Assembly: GCA_963777955.1 (NCBI GenBank)
Contig: CAVZSQ010000013.1
Coordinates: forward strand, 546,956-610,955
Direction: 5' to 3'
From: Calditrichia bacterium
Lineage (GTDB): Bacteria; Calditrichota; Calditrichia; JAJRVZ01
DNA: 64,000 bases
The position numbers were made by a program, and so were the translations under genes. Shown piece after piece: positions 33,701 through 44,248 of the stretch. The stretch's first letter is position 1; each line of letters begins with the position of its first letter. The notes below the pieces were generated by a model, which was given only the letters and a program-made list of their open reading frames with translations, searched no databases and was not told the DNA's origin.

Positions 33701-34990
33701 TCAATCAGCTCGTTGAACCGTATCGGTTAGGTCGGTCTCCCGGAAAGGAACCAGCCAGGTTGCCAGGAACGAAGGGATCGTGGCGAATAAAACCCAGACA
33801 AAGAAGTTCTTGTACCCCAGGAAATCGCTGATGTATCCGCTGACCATGGAAGGCAGCATGAAACCAAGGTACATTATAGCAGTGGCAAAGGCATAGTGGG
33901 CCATTTTGTATTTACCCGGCGCGATTTGCTGCATCATGAACAGGATCAGTCCCACAAAACCGAATCCATAACCGAAGTATTCCAGGACCACGGCCGCTCC
34001 GATGATAATTAAATCCGCCGGCTGAGTGATGGCCAGGAATGTATAGGCCGCAAAGGGTAAATTAAAGAAGCAGCACAGGACAAAGATCGATTTTTTAAGT
34101 CCGCGTTTGGCAATAAAATATCCTGCAAGAATCGAACCGAGTATAAAAGCAGCAGCCCCGAATGTGCCGTACACAATTCCAATTTCGGAAGTGGTAAGTC
34201 CGAGCCCGCCTGCTTCCCGGGTGGCCCGGAAGAATAGCGGTACGATCTTTATGGCCTGACCCTCGGCGAAGCGGTAAAGAATGATAAAGGTAATCCCCCA
34301 CCAGATATTCTTTTTCTGGAAAAAAGTTTTAACTACATCCCAGAAGGTTCTCATCGTTTCATTCAAGCTGGTTACATGCGCAGAGGTTCCGCCAATCGGT
34401 AGAAATCTGACATGCCAGATGCTCAACAGGATCATGATTGCACCGAATATACTTATTACGATCATCCAGGCATGCAGAACACCGACCCGGATCTCGAGTT
34501 GACCGGCCACATAAACCAGCGCTCCCTGGGCCATAATCTTACCGATATTATAACAGGCCCCTTGCCAACCCACATATTGAGATTGCTCTTTTTCGCTGAG
34601 TGAATTTATATATACTCCATCCCCGGCGATATCATGCGTAGCCGAGTTGAAGGCCAGGATCATTAACAGCGCCAGAGAATACTGAAAAAAACCATCTAAT
34701 GGCAATGTCAGAGCCACCAGGCCGAAGGCAATCCCGCCTATGAATTGAGTAGCGACCACAAAGTATTTCTTCGTTTTAAACATTTCCAGCAGCGGACCCC
34801 ATAGCGGTTTTAACGTCCATGGCCAGGTGACCAGTGTGGTAAAAAAAGCAATTTGAGCATCGGAGATGCCCATGCTTTTATACATTAAAACCGATACGGT
34901 GGCAATCACCACGAATGGTAATCCTTCGGCAAAATAGAGGGTCGGTACCCAGAGAGCAGGGTGAGTCGCTTTAATTACCCGCGCGGCCAT
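33701..34990 (-). CDS. AmpG-like MFS transporter (amino-sugar-related)
   Basis: WVPTLYFAEGLP, WTLKPLWGP, SATHDIAGDG, AHYAFAT. Confidence 0.88.
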   Translation of the reverse strand: MAARVIKATHPALWVPTLYFAEGLPFVVIATVSVLMYKSMGISDAQIAFFTTLVTWPWTLKPLWGPLLEMFKTKKYFVVATQFIGGIAFGLVALTLPLDGFFQYSLALLMILAFNSATHDIAGDGVYINSLSEKEQSQYVGWQGACYNIGKIMAQGALVYVAGQLEIRVGVLHAWMIVISIFGAIMILLSIWHVRFLPIGGTSAHVTSLNETMRTFWDVVKTFFQKKNIWWGITFIILYRFAEGQAIKIVPLFFRATREAGGLGLTTSEIGIVYGTFGAAAFILGSILAGYFIAKRGLKKSIFVLCCFFNLPFAAYTFLAITQPADLIIIGAAVVLEYFGYGFGFVGLILFMMQQIAPGKYKMAHYAFATAIMYLGFMLPSMVSGYISDFLGYKNFFVWVLFATIPSFLATWLVPFRETDLTDTVQRAD

Positions 34991-35220
34991 ATTCAGATCC
35001 TTTCTTTTTGATTAACAGGAAATGCTTGCATCGATATCAATGGAAAAATGAAATTCATGCGAATGTTTTATACAGGATAAATGTCCGCGCAAGATAAATC
35101 ACCTTGATTACTTTTGCAAGCGAAAAAGACGGTCAATATATTCAGTAATCCTTGCCTTCTTGGAACACACTTTTGCGATCTTTGCCTTTTAAAACCACAT
35201 TTTATCTCAATAAAATTCTA

Positions 35221-35259
35221 TTGCGAATCAAATTGAACTTTATTACACTTCATAAAGTT
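35221..35259 (+). promoter_or_regulatory. Sigma70-like promoter for chbP overlapped by a palindromic operator
   Basis: TTGCGA(35221)-17 bp-TACACT(35244); perfect AACTTTAT-N8-ATAAAGTT at 35236-35259. Confidence 0.55.
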
Positions 35260-35325
35260 TTTCTTCTCGCTTTATTATGAAATAATTTTTCCATTTGATA
35301 TTCAAGAATTACGGAAGAGGTGCTT

Positions 35326-37723
35326 ATGCGTTACGGTCATTTTGATGATGAATGCCGGGAATATATTATCGAGCGTCCGGATATACCTGTTTCCTGGACC
35401 AATTATATTGGTGTCCGTGATATGTGTACAGTTTTGTCCCATAATGCTGGTGGATACTCGTTTTATAAATCAGCAGAACATCACCGTATTACCCGTTTCC
35501 GGCAAAATGGTGTACCGTTGGACCGTCCGGGCCATTACGTTTATATCCGGGACGACGAAACCGGTGAGTTCTGGTCTGTTTCCTGGCAGCCGGTGGGTAG
35601 AGATCTTAAAAAAGCACATTACGAATGCCGTCATGGTTTATCCTATTCAAAATTCCGCTGCCACTACCGGGGCATTCAAGCCGAACAACTTGTTTTCATC
35701 CCCATTCCGGATGATGTGGAACTGTGGGATGTAAAAATCAAGAACACCACCCGCCGGCTGCGTAAACTAAGTATCTTTGGTTATGTTGAGTTTTCGTTTC
35801 ACCATATTGAAATCGATAACCAGAATTTACAGATGTCATTGTATGCCAGCGGATCCAGTTATAAGAACGGTATCATCGAATACGATTTCTTCTACGAACC
35901 ATGGACCTATCATTATTTTACCGCGAATTTCGATCCCGATTCTTATGATTGTGTTCGTGACCGTTTTTTAGGGAACTACCGAACCGAAACCAATCCGTTT
36001 GCTGTCGAGCAAGGTAAATGCAGTAACAGTAGTGAACTCGGTGGAAACCACTGCGCTGTATTACATAAAAAAATAAAACTGGCCCCGGGTCAGGAAAAGG
36101 GACTTCTTTTTATGCTGGGAGTGGGTCCCCGTTCGAAGGGTAACGAGATCAGAAAGAAGTATTCCAATATAGGTAAAGTGGATGAGGAATTTGAAAGTCT
36201 CAGGAACTACTGGAAGAAAAAAATGGAGGTGTTCCAGTGTAAAACACCCCATCCCGGAATGAATACCATGCTCAATATCTGGACCCTGTTACAGGCCGAA
36301 ACCTGCGTAGTCTGGTCGCGCTTTGCCTCTTTTATTGAAGTGGGAGGACGAACCGGATTGGGGTATCGTGATACTTCGCAGGATGTGATGGCGGTGGTGC
36401 ATACTAATCCTGAAAAATGCAAAGAAAGGATTATTGAATTGCTGCATGGCCAGGTCAGTGCCGGTTATGGATTGCATTTATTCGATCCGGATGTGTTCAA
36501 ACCAAAACAGGATAAACTTCCCGGCGTCAAACTCCCAACCGTCGTGCCGACACCTAGCCCGCAGGATATCATTCACGGCATAGAGGATGTCTGTTCAGAC
36601 GATGCGTTGTGGATCGTGGTAACGATTTGCGAATTTGTAAAGGAAACAGGGGATTTGGCTTTTTTTGATCAGGTGATTCCGTTTGCTGATCAGGGTGAAG
36701 GCACGGTTTATGAACACATGAAACGATCCCTTGATTTTTCGGCGCAGCATGTGGGCCCAACCGGCATTTGCCAGGGATTGCGGGCTGATTGGAATGATTG
36801 TTTGAACCTGGGGGGCGGGGAGAGTGCCATGGTGGCTTTCATGCATCACTGGGCTCTGCAAGCCTTCGTCGAAGCAGCCAAAGTGCTGGGACAACATGAT
36901 GATGTTATTAAATATCAGCAGACTGGCTGAGAAAGTCCGCGAAGCCTGCGAAAAAGAACTGTGGGATGGGGAGTGGTACATTCGTGGAATCACCAAAAAA
37001 GGGATAAAGATAGGCTCACACCAAAACAAAGCGGGAAAGATTTTCCTGGAAAGCAACAGTTGGGCAGTGCTCTCTGATGTGGCGTCACCAGAACGAGGCC
37101 GCCAGGCCATGGATTCGGTGCATAAATATCTGGCTTCGAAATACGGAATTCATCTCTGCTGGCCGACGTTTTCCGAGCCGGATGATGACATCGGTTACCT
37201 GACCCGGGTATATCGCGGAATCAAAGAAAATGGTGCCATTTTCAGCCATCCCAATCCCTGGGCTATGGTGGCTGAGTGTAAATTGGGCCGTGGAGACCTG
37301 GCCATGAAATTGTATGATACCCTTTTGCCGTATAATCAGAACGATAACATCGAGATCCGTGAAGCAGAGCCATATTCCTATTGTCAGTTCATCATGGGCA
37401 AAGACCATACTGCTTTTGGCCGGGCCCGGCATTCCTGGCTGACAGGAAGTGGAGGCTGGGCTTATCTAGCTGCAACCCAGTGGATATTGGGCATCCGTCT
37501 GGATTTTAACGGGCTGATCATTGATCCCTGCATTCCTAAAAAATGGAAAGGATTCGAAGTTCAGCGCCAGTGGCGCGGGGCAACTTTCCAGATTAAAGTA
37601 AAAAATCCCCATGGGGTGCATAAAGGAATTAAATCGATGACCATGAATGGAAAATCAGTCAGCGGTCCGATTGCACCTCAAATTGCCGGATCGGTTCATG
37701 AAATTCTGGTAATGATGGGATAG
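35326..37723 (+). CDS. chbP: GH94 N,N'-diacetylchitobiose phosphorylase; frameshift near 36915
   Basis: MRYGHFDD...SWTNY...SHNAGGYSFY, GLGYRDTSQD, ADWNDCLNLGGGES, KENGAIFSH, EPYSYCQF. Confidence 0.9.
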
Positions 37724-37861
37724 TAGTGCTATAAATTTCTGAGTTTCTTGAATTTTTTTCTGAATCTGGATCGGCAATTTATCAGTTAGTTACTGATAAT
37801 TGAGCGGCTGCTTATTTATGACTTAAAAACAAACCTTGGCCTTATTCATCGCTTATAAAGT

Positions 37862-39214
37862 TTATCTGATCAAGGTCATTTTGCGGCTCTGCTTTTGATA
37901 CTCCGCTGTAAGTTCATAAAAGTAAGTCCCCCCTGGAAGTTTATGAGCATCAAAAGTAACATGATGACTTCCCGTATTTTGCACACTTTCAACTAAAGTG
38001 CAAACTTTCCTGCCAAGCACATCATATATGGCAAGTCTTACAAAACTCTTAGTTCGCAATTCGTAATTAATTGTCATTGTAAGATTAAAAGGATTGGGAT
38101 AGTTTTGATACAGTGTGAAATGTGCCAGCTCTTTTAAATGATCATTAATTGCAGAACCCTGACCATCTAATAAATTTTTTCCTATTGCTTCCAGCAGCGG
38201 CTGGCCGTTATCTGTTGCGTCCTGTCCAATAGCCCAGATCATTGCCCCCGCATAGCCGTTATCTTTAATCCAGCCGCATTTCATCCTGACCGATACTGTA
38301 TCATCAAAGGTAATTAATTTATCATTCGAATCCTTTAAGAGATACGGAACTTTAGATGTTTCATCCCAACGGTAACTCCAGCCATTATTTATCAATGGTA
38401 CTATGGCCCGGTACTGTAAATCCGTTACCGGAAGATTGAATGCCGAGTACAGGGCTGCTGAATTAAATTCCTTGCCGTAAAAGGGTATCCCCACAGTTAA
38501 TTTGTTTTTGGGAATACCCCTTGTGGAATGAAGATAGGAAAGCGCTGTTTCAACCGATCCGTCTGAATCCCCGACCGGCTGGTATAAGGGTGCATTATGC
38601 CCGCTATGGGCAGACCAGCTGCCGTGAAAATCATAACACATGGCATTAAACCAGTCTATATCATCGACAAGATTAGTAAAATCCAGCCACTGTCCAGACC
38701 AGTCACCCGCCGGAACTGCCATGGTCACCAATAAGTCCGGACTGTTCAAATCAAACCTGGCCCGGGTTTCTCCGACTAATTGTGTATAAGCTGCCCGTTC
38801 AGAATTATTTTGAGGAAATTCCCAGTCAAAATCTACGCCGTCATAATTATAATCCAGTAAAAACTTATAGAGGTCCTCTACAAATATGTGCCTTTTACTG
38901 GTATCCAGGGCCATCAGGGCAAAATTCCCGGCATTACCCCAGCCCCCGACGGAAATAAGGACCTTGACATTATTCTGATGGGCCATTGCGTTTAGAGCCG
39001 GATAAGGAAATTGAAATGGATAATTAAAACTGCCCTGAGCATCCAGCGTGGCAAAAGCATGATTAATATGTGTCAGATTTTCGAATTGGACTTTTTCCGC
39101 AGGCAGAACACCTTTAAGCCAGTCTGCATAGTAACCAATCACTTTATATTGAGCGCTGACAGAAGCAATCAGCAATCCCAATAAAATAAACGGTATTAAT
39201 TTTATTTTTAACAA
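37862..39214 (-). CDS. Secreted GH18 chitinase with C-terminal sorting domain
   Basis: SVGGW, DGVDFDWEFP (DxDxE), MCYDFHG, GAMIW; QNYPNPFN. Confidence 0.93.
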   Translation of the reverse strand: MLKIKLIPFILLGLLIASVSAQYKVIGYYADWLKGVLPAEKVQFENLTHINHAFATLDAQGSFNYPFQFPYPALNAMAHQNNVKVLISVGGWGNAGNFALMALDTSKRHIFVEDLYKFLLDYNYDGVDFDWEFPQNNSERAAYTQLVGETRARFDLNSPDLLVTMAVPAGDWSGQWLDFTNLVDDIDWFNAMCYDFHGSWSAHSGHNAPLYQPVGDSDGSVETALSYLHSTRGIPKNKLTVGIPFYGKEFNSAALYSAFNLPVTDLQYRAIVPLINNGWSYRWDETSKVPYLLKDSNDKLITFDDTVSVRMKCGWIKDNGYAGAMIWAIGQDATDNGQPLLEAIGKNLLDGQGSAINDHLKELAHFTLYQNYPNPFNLTMTINYELRTKSFVRLAIYDVLGRKVCTLVESVQNTGSHHVTFDAHKLPGGTYFYELTAEYQKQSRKMTLIR

Positions 39215-39252
39215 TTTCTGTTTAATCCTGAATTACTAAAAAAAATAAAAAT

Positions 39253-39335
39253 GAGAGTTGCCGTTGCAGCTGATGATCCCCCAAAGTGATTATTCAGAAA
39301 ATATTATCATATCATCTGCAGTATCAGCAACTCTC
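39253..39335 (-). terminator. Long imperfect hairpin followed by a T-tract on the minus strand
   Basis: GAGAGTTGC...GCAACTCTC outer stem, TGCAG/CTGCA and ATGAT/ATCAT inner stems, A-run on the left. Confidence 0.55.
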
Positions 39336-39347
39336 CTTTCATACCGA

Positions 39348-40967
39348 TTATTTAAGCAGCAACATTTTACGAACTTCTTTGTTTTGACCGGCTTTTAGTT
39401 CGTAATAATAAATCCCGCTGGCAAGATTTACGGCATTATACACAAGTTTATATGTTCCGGCCGGTTTGTATTCGTTAATAAGTGTTTTCACCAATTGGCC
39501 TGTAACATTGTAAACAGCCAGGGTGACCTTATTAGCAGTTTTTATACTATATGAAATCGTGGTGGTCGGATTAAACGGATTAGGATAATTCTGCTCAAGA
39601 CTGAAGTTTACCGGGACTTGTGAATTCGAGTACTCTTCTATACTTGAGATTGAACTTGCTTCAGGCAGCGGCCATACCGGGACCCAGTTAGGTGTATCCT
39701 CTGCAAATGTCAACTCATATCCCCAATAATCATTAGCTGCCGTACCTGTTCTGATCTGCTGAAAATAAGCAAGAAGCCCTACGGTAAAATCAGTTTGAGA
39801 GCCATTAAGCACCCACGGATCAATGGTACCCATAAATCCGGGATCAACATTTACATTACCCGATTCCACCAGATACGGATAATTTGCATCGTTGGCAAAC
39901 ATAGCCGTGGTCGGTGCATTCATAAAAGAGGGAGTTCTGACCTTATTAGGTTGGGTGCTATTCCAATTAGTCCAAAAATCAGTAAGAACTGTGGGCCAGA
40001 AATAGGTATTATTCATGACTTCCACTCTTCTTAATCCTTCAGCATTTGCTGAATCGGACGGTTGAAACATCTTGGCATTGGCACCGTTCAGCGGTTGCAG
40101 TGCGATAACTCCGTAGGTCGTATCCGGATTCCATAGATTATCCCACCAGGGATTTTCAAGAGTATCCACTCCGCCGGCATAAAGTCCGTAAAAAATATTA
40201 TTGTTGATTTTTGCATCAGTCACGTTAAATATGAAAAAGGGATTTTTAAAAGTATATAGGACTTTATTATTGGTGAATTCAAAATAGGTCTCATAAAACT
40301 TTGTTACCGGGCAGGCTGCATAGCCATTAACACACAGCATACTATTTCCGACAAAGCTCATCGTATCCGTATAAGCTTCACCGGGCCAGGTATTACGAAT
40401 CACCTCGCCAATATACCACTGTGTTGGATGCACAAAATTCCTGAAATGGCTGTTACGAATAAAAAAATCATCCCAGTTTCCGGAGTAGCCGATACCAAAC
40501 GACTGCCAGCCGTCAAATACGCAATTATCAATGGTCAGCCTTACATTATCAGCAGTAACGGATATAGCTATTCCATCAGCATTTGCGTTATTATTTGGCG
40601 CATAGGCCAGGAGGTAAAGGTTTTCGAGTGTCGCTTTGGCACCCGCGGCATTCACAATTAAAAATGTTGATGGGATACTTTGATCCTGCAGGATTGCCGG
40701 CTGAATACATGGCGGGCGGCCGGTTACTCCATCCAAAACACCAACGATACTGATATCATTCCTGGCATTTATCGCATCGGTAAATTTATAGGTTGCGTCC
40801 AGGGTAATCAGACGATAAACATCATGGGCTTGTGTCCCGTCACCCAATGTATCCGCACCGATAACTTCATTGATCATACCATCAGTAGTGGCAACATCCA
40901 GTATCGATTGGGCTTGAGTGAATCCGGCAAGACAAAGCACCATCATCCATATTATCGTAAGCTTCAT
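39348..40967 (-). CDS. Secreted beta-helix-like protein with C-terminal sorting domain, directly downstream of the TonB-dependent receptor
   Basis: Signal peptide, beta-helix-like repeats (IDNCVFD, IRNSHFRN, INNNIFY), QNYPNPFNPTT. Confidence 0.75.
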   Translation of the reverse strand: MKLTIIWMMVLCLAGFTQAQSILDVATTDGMINEVIGADTLGDGTQAHDVYRLITLDATYKFTDAINARNDISIVGVLDGVTGRPPCIQPAILQDQSIPSTFLIVNAAGAKATLENLYLLAYAPNNNANADGIAISVTADNVRLTIDNCVFDGWQSFGIGYSGNWDDFFIRNSHFRNFVHPTQWYIGEVIRNTWPGEAYTDTMSFVGNSMLCVNGYAACPVTKFYETYFEFTNNKVLYTFKNPFFIFNVTDAKINNNIFYGLYAGGVDTLENPWWDNLWNPDTTYGVIALQPLNGANAKMFQPSDSANAEGLRRVEVMNNTYFWPTVLTDFWTNWNSTQPNKVRTPSFMNAPTTAMFANDANYPYLVESGNVNVDPGFMGTIDPWVLNGSQTDFTVGLLAYFQQIRTGTAANDYWGYELTFAEDTPNWVPVWPLPEASSISSIEEYSNSQVPVNFSLEQNYPNPFNPTTTISYSIKTANKVTLAVYNVTGQLVKTLINEYKPAGTYKLVYNAVNLASGIYYYELKAGQNKEVRKMLLLK

Positions 40968-41127
40968 GATAAAATCTCCTTTAGGTTTGGTTGTACATAA
41001 ATATTAACACACCCACTTACTTTAAAAGCAAATGGTTAACACAGAGACGATTTTCCCATACCCCAGGCACTCCTTTCTTTTTTTTGTTCAATTGACTTAT
41101 AAGTAACCAAGATATTGAAACATGACC

Positions 41128-44049
41128 TTATAGCTGCCAGCGTAAACCCAATTCCGCAGATAAACCATATACCTGGATATCTTCCGGGATGTCAGGATAT
41201 AACTGCAGAACACCTTTGTCCATCACATTATTTAAATTATTAATATTAGCATACAATTGAAGCCCATAGACTAAACCCTGTTTTAACGAAATATCCCAGC
41301 GCTGGTATGTTGGTTGCTCTCCCCTTAACTGTTTCCATTGATTAATAGATTGTACCAGGTTGGTCTGGAAGGCAAAGGATAAACGAACCGAAAAATCCTT
41401 ATAATCATAACCAATAGTTGCATTTAAAATATCATCCGGTTGTTCGAGAAGACGGTCTGTATAGGAAGAATCAACTTTAGTATGAGAAGACTGGTTATAT
41501 GCCTGAAAAGGATATTCAGCTTTAGAAAAGGCATGCGTATAATTAATGTTTAAAACCAGTCCCTTAAAGGGGTCAGGTAAATACCAAAAGTGTGTCTGCC
41601 AGTCAGCCTCTAATCCGATTACATTTACTTTAAAAGGGTTATTGATAAAAGTTGTTACCTGATATGTAATTCTGCGATTAGGATTTTGGTTAGTCAGATA
41701 ATAGGGATCTACCTCCGTGCCCGGAACATAAAAAGTCCAGGGATATATGAAATTCGTAATCCTCTTATAAAATCCGCCTAGGGTAAACAGACCGATTCTG
41801 TTTTCATAAAATGTAAAATTAATATCATAATTATCCGATTTTAAAGGTTTTAATTTATAATTATTCCAGTTAATGGCGCCTGATGTCGCATCAATTCTTG
41901 GAATAATCGCATTAAAATCCGGATAAGAAATAGTTTTGGAATAAGCGAGGCGTACATCAAACCAGGAGAATGGTTTATATTTAATATTCACATTCGGTAG
42001 CCAGAAGGGCTGATTCAAAGTAACGGTTGTATCGTTTTCGTGATTATAAACGCTGTAAAACAATGAGGTTGTTTGCCCACGAGTTCCGGAATAGGTTGTT
42101 TTCAGATTTTGGTACCTGACTCCGGGAATAACTATCAGTTCCTGGCCAATATTTATAGTGGCCATGATGTAAGCGGCAGTAACAATTTCTTTCCCGGAAT
42201 AATTATTTGTGACTGACAGGTAATTATTACGGGCAAATGCTTCGGGTGATGTACTTTGAATGACATCAACATTGTCCTCGATAAAATTTATAAGTTGTTT
42301 TGCTTTATTATAATTTATGGGGTTGCGCATTGTAAAATCGTTATTGATAAAATCGCTGTAGTCGTAATTTTCATCCAGGAAAAGTGAAAGTGGTATGGAA
42401 TTGGGATCACCGGTCCAGCCGAATTCATCGGAAATCATGATAGCGGCTGCCCGGGCACTCGGTGAAGTAATCGTCGCATTGGTACCGTAGATTTCTGCTT
42501 TGTACGATCTTTTCTGACCTTTATATTTGCCGCCAAATTTTATTATGGATGTTATTGAATTGGAAAAGGTCAGTGGAAAATCAAAATCAAGTGCCGCTAT
42601 TTCTGAACGCTCTCTGGACAGATTATCATTTGTTTGTAATGTGTTCAGCCGGGTGATTTCAGGATCCGATAATACGGCTGCATTAATTACTTTTGGGTTC
42701 ACATTGGCCACGTTTAGAAATTGGTTGAGATTTGCGGCGGTTTGAAAAAAATTAACTGTCCAGTCGTGAGGATTCTTCGTTTCCGAATAACTGTGGGATA
42801 GCGTTAAGTTTGCATGAACCAATGGCAGGAATGGTAATGAATGCTCAAAATTTAAGGTATTATGAATCAGGCTCAGGGAACTTTTTGAATAATTTAAATT
42901 ATAATGATGCTGATTACTTACAACATTAAGCTGTTCGTTGCGGTTTAATGTTTTCGTAATCCCTGAACTCAGAAAATTTGAAAGGCTGATTTTGCCATTC
43001 GTTAAACGATAATCGAGAACAAGCGCTCCGTTCAGCCGTTGCTTATCTCTGGGAGTGTTATTCAAATACAACGAATTTGTTTTATAGGCACCTTCTTTAA
43101 AAGCATTGTATTGAGCAAAATCTGCAGAATATTGATCGGAGGTAAGATTACGTCTTTCTATATTTGCCTGGAAAAATAAGCCAAAACGTTCATCAAAAAA
43201 GCGCCCTTCAACACCGGGCACCAGCTTATAGTTGTTGAATTTATTATCCGCGTCGCTAAGACCTGTATAACCGCCCTGGACCAGAAGGTTAAAGGCCAGT
43301 CCTTTTAGTTCTCCGCCTTTTGCCTCCCTTATTTTAAAATTTACCGAACCACCCAGCATATCCGCATCCTGGTCAGCTGTTACGGTTTTTGAAACTTCAA
43401 TCCCCTCTAACATGGTAGAGGAAATCATACTCAAATCGGTAGCCCGGTTATCCCGGTCGGACGAAGCCATACGGATGCCATCAATAGTAATGGCATTAAA
43501 TTTCGGCTCTAATCCGCGTATTACAACCTGGTTCCCTTCTCCGCCGACCCGTATGAGATTTATGCCGGGCAGCCTTCTTAATGATTCCGCGGCATTGGCA
43601 TCAGGTAATTCCTGAATCTGCTTTGAAGAGACTATATTCTTGATGGACTTGGCACTCAATTGCTGATTGATTGCCGCTAATTGTCCTTCAGCCTGCGCGG
43701 TAACAATTATTACTTTACCTTCCAGTGCCGTGTAGGTCAGAGCAAAGTTCATTACTAAATCCTGATCCGGCTGCACTTCTATAGCAGTGGAATACTCTGA
43801 ATAACCAATATAGATGATCTTTAATTGATATTGACCGGGAGGCACATTGAGTATTAAAAATTCTCCGGATAAATCCGTGGCCGCCCCGATTCCTGTTCCC
43901 TCCAGAAAAACATTCGCTCCAAACAAAGGCTCCCTGGAAGAACTGTCCGCAACAAAACCATGTATTCTGGCATTTTGAGCAAAAAGCGGCTGGCAGACCA
44001 ATACAAGAAATATTATAAAAATGCTAAAATGAAGGATCCTGTAATTCAT
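41128..44049 (-). CDS. TonB-dependent receptor with N-terminal carboxypeptidase-regulatory-like domain
   Basis: EPLFGANV...GAATDLSGEF, plug LPDANAAESLRRLPG, C-terminal LGLRWQL. Confidence 0.95.
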   Translation of the reverse strand: MNYRILHFSIFIIFLVLVCQPLFAQNARIHGFVADSSSREPLFGANVFLEGTGIGAATDLSGEFLILNVPPGQYQLKIIYIGYSEYSTAIEVQPDQDLVMNFALTYTALEGKVIIVTAQAEGQLAAINQQLSAKSIKNIVSSKQIQELPDANAAESLRRLPGINLIRVGGEGNQVVIRGLEPKFNAITIDGIRMASSDRDNRATDLSMISSTMLEGIEVSKTVTADQDADMLGGSVNFKIREAKGGELKGLAFNLLVQGGYTGLSDADNKFNNYKLVPGVEGRFFDERFGLFFQANIERRNLTSDQYSADFAQYNAFKEGAYKTNSLYLNNTPRDKQRLNGALVLDYRLTNGKISLSNFLSSGITKTLNRNEQLNVVSNQHHYNLNYSKSSLSLIHNTLNFEHSLPFLPLVHANLTLSHSYSETKNPHDWTVNFFQTAANLNQFLNVANVNPKVINAAVLSDPEITRLNTLQTNDNLSRERSEIAALDFDFPLTFSNSITSIIKFGGKYKGQKRSYKAEIYGTNATITSPSARAAAIMISDEFGWTGDPNSIPLSLFLDENYDYSDFINNDFTMRNPINYNKAKQLINFIEDNVDVIQSTSPEAFARNNYLSVTNNYSGKEIVTAAYIMATINIGQELIVIPGVRYQNLKTTYSGTRGQTTSLFYSVYNHENDTTVTLNQPFWLPNVNIKYKPFSWFDVRLAYSKTISYPDFNAIIPRIDATSGAINWNNYKLKPLKSDNYDINFTFYENRIGLFTLGGFYKRITNFIYPWTFYVPGTEVDPYYLTNQNPNRRITYQVTTFINNPFKVNVIGLEADWQTHFWYLPDPFKGLVLNINYTHAFSKAEYPFQAYNQSSHTKVDSSYTDRLLEQPDDILNATIGYDYKDFSVRLSFAFQTNLVQSINQWKQLRGEQPTYQRWDISLKQGLVYGLQLYANINNLNNVMDKGVLQLYPDIPEDIQVYGLSAELGLRWQL

Positions 44050-44248
44050 CTTCTACGCTCCTTTTAATTCAATCAAAACCAAGGTGTCTTTACACTATTA
44101 TTCTGGTGCTGCACTTGCTTATACCAGCTTCGCTATGGCGCTTACTATCAGCAGTGCTGTCTGTCCTGTGGACCTGGACCGACGGGCGCGTTCTGACATT
44201 TCCCAACCACGTGGTTGGTCATTTCTGCTGCGGACCGTTTTATACTTA

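Noticed and set aside
44101..44240. glmS ribozyme, suggested by the amino-sugar context and an AGCGCC on the minus strand
   Set aside because: The following conserved core (GAACT, GACGAGG) is absent.
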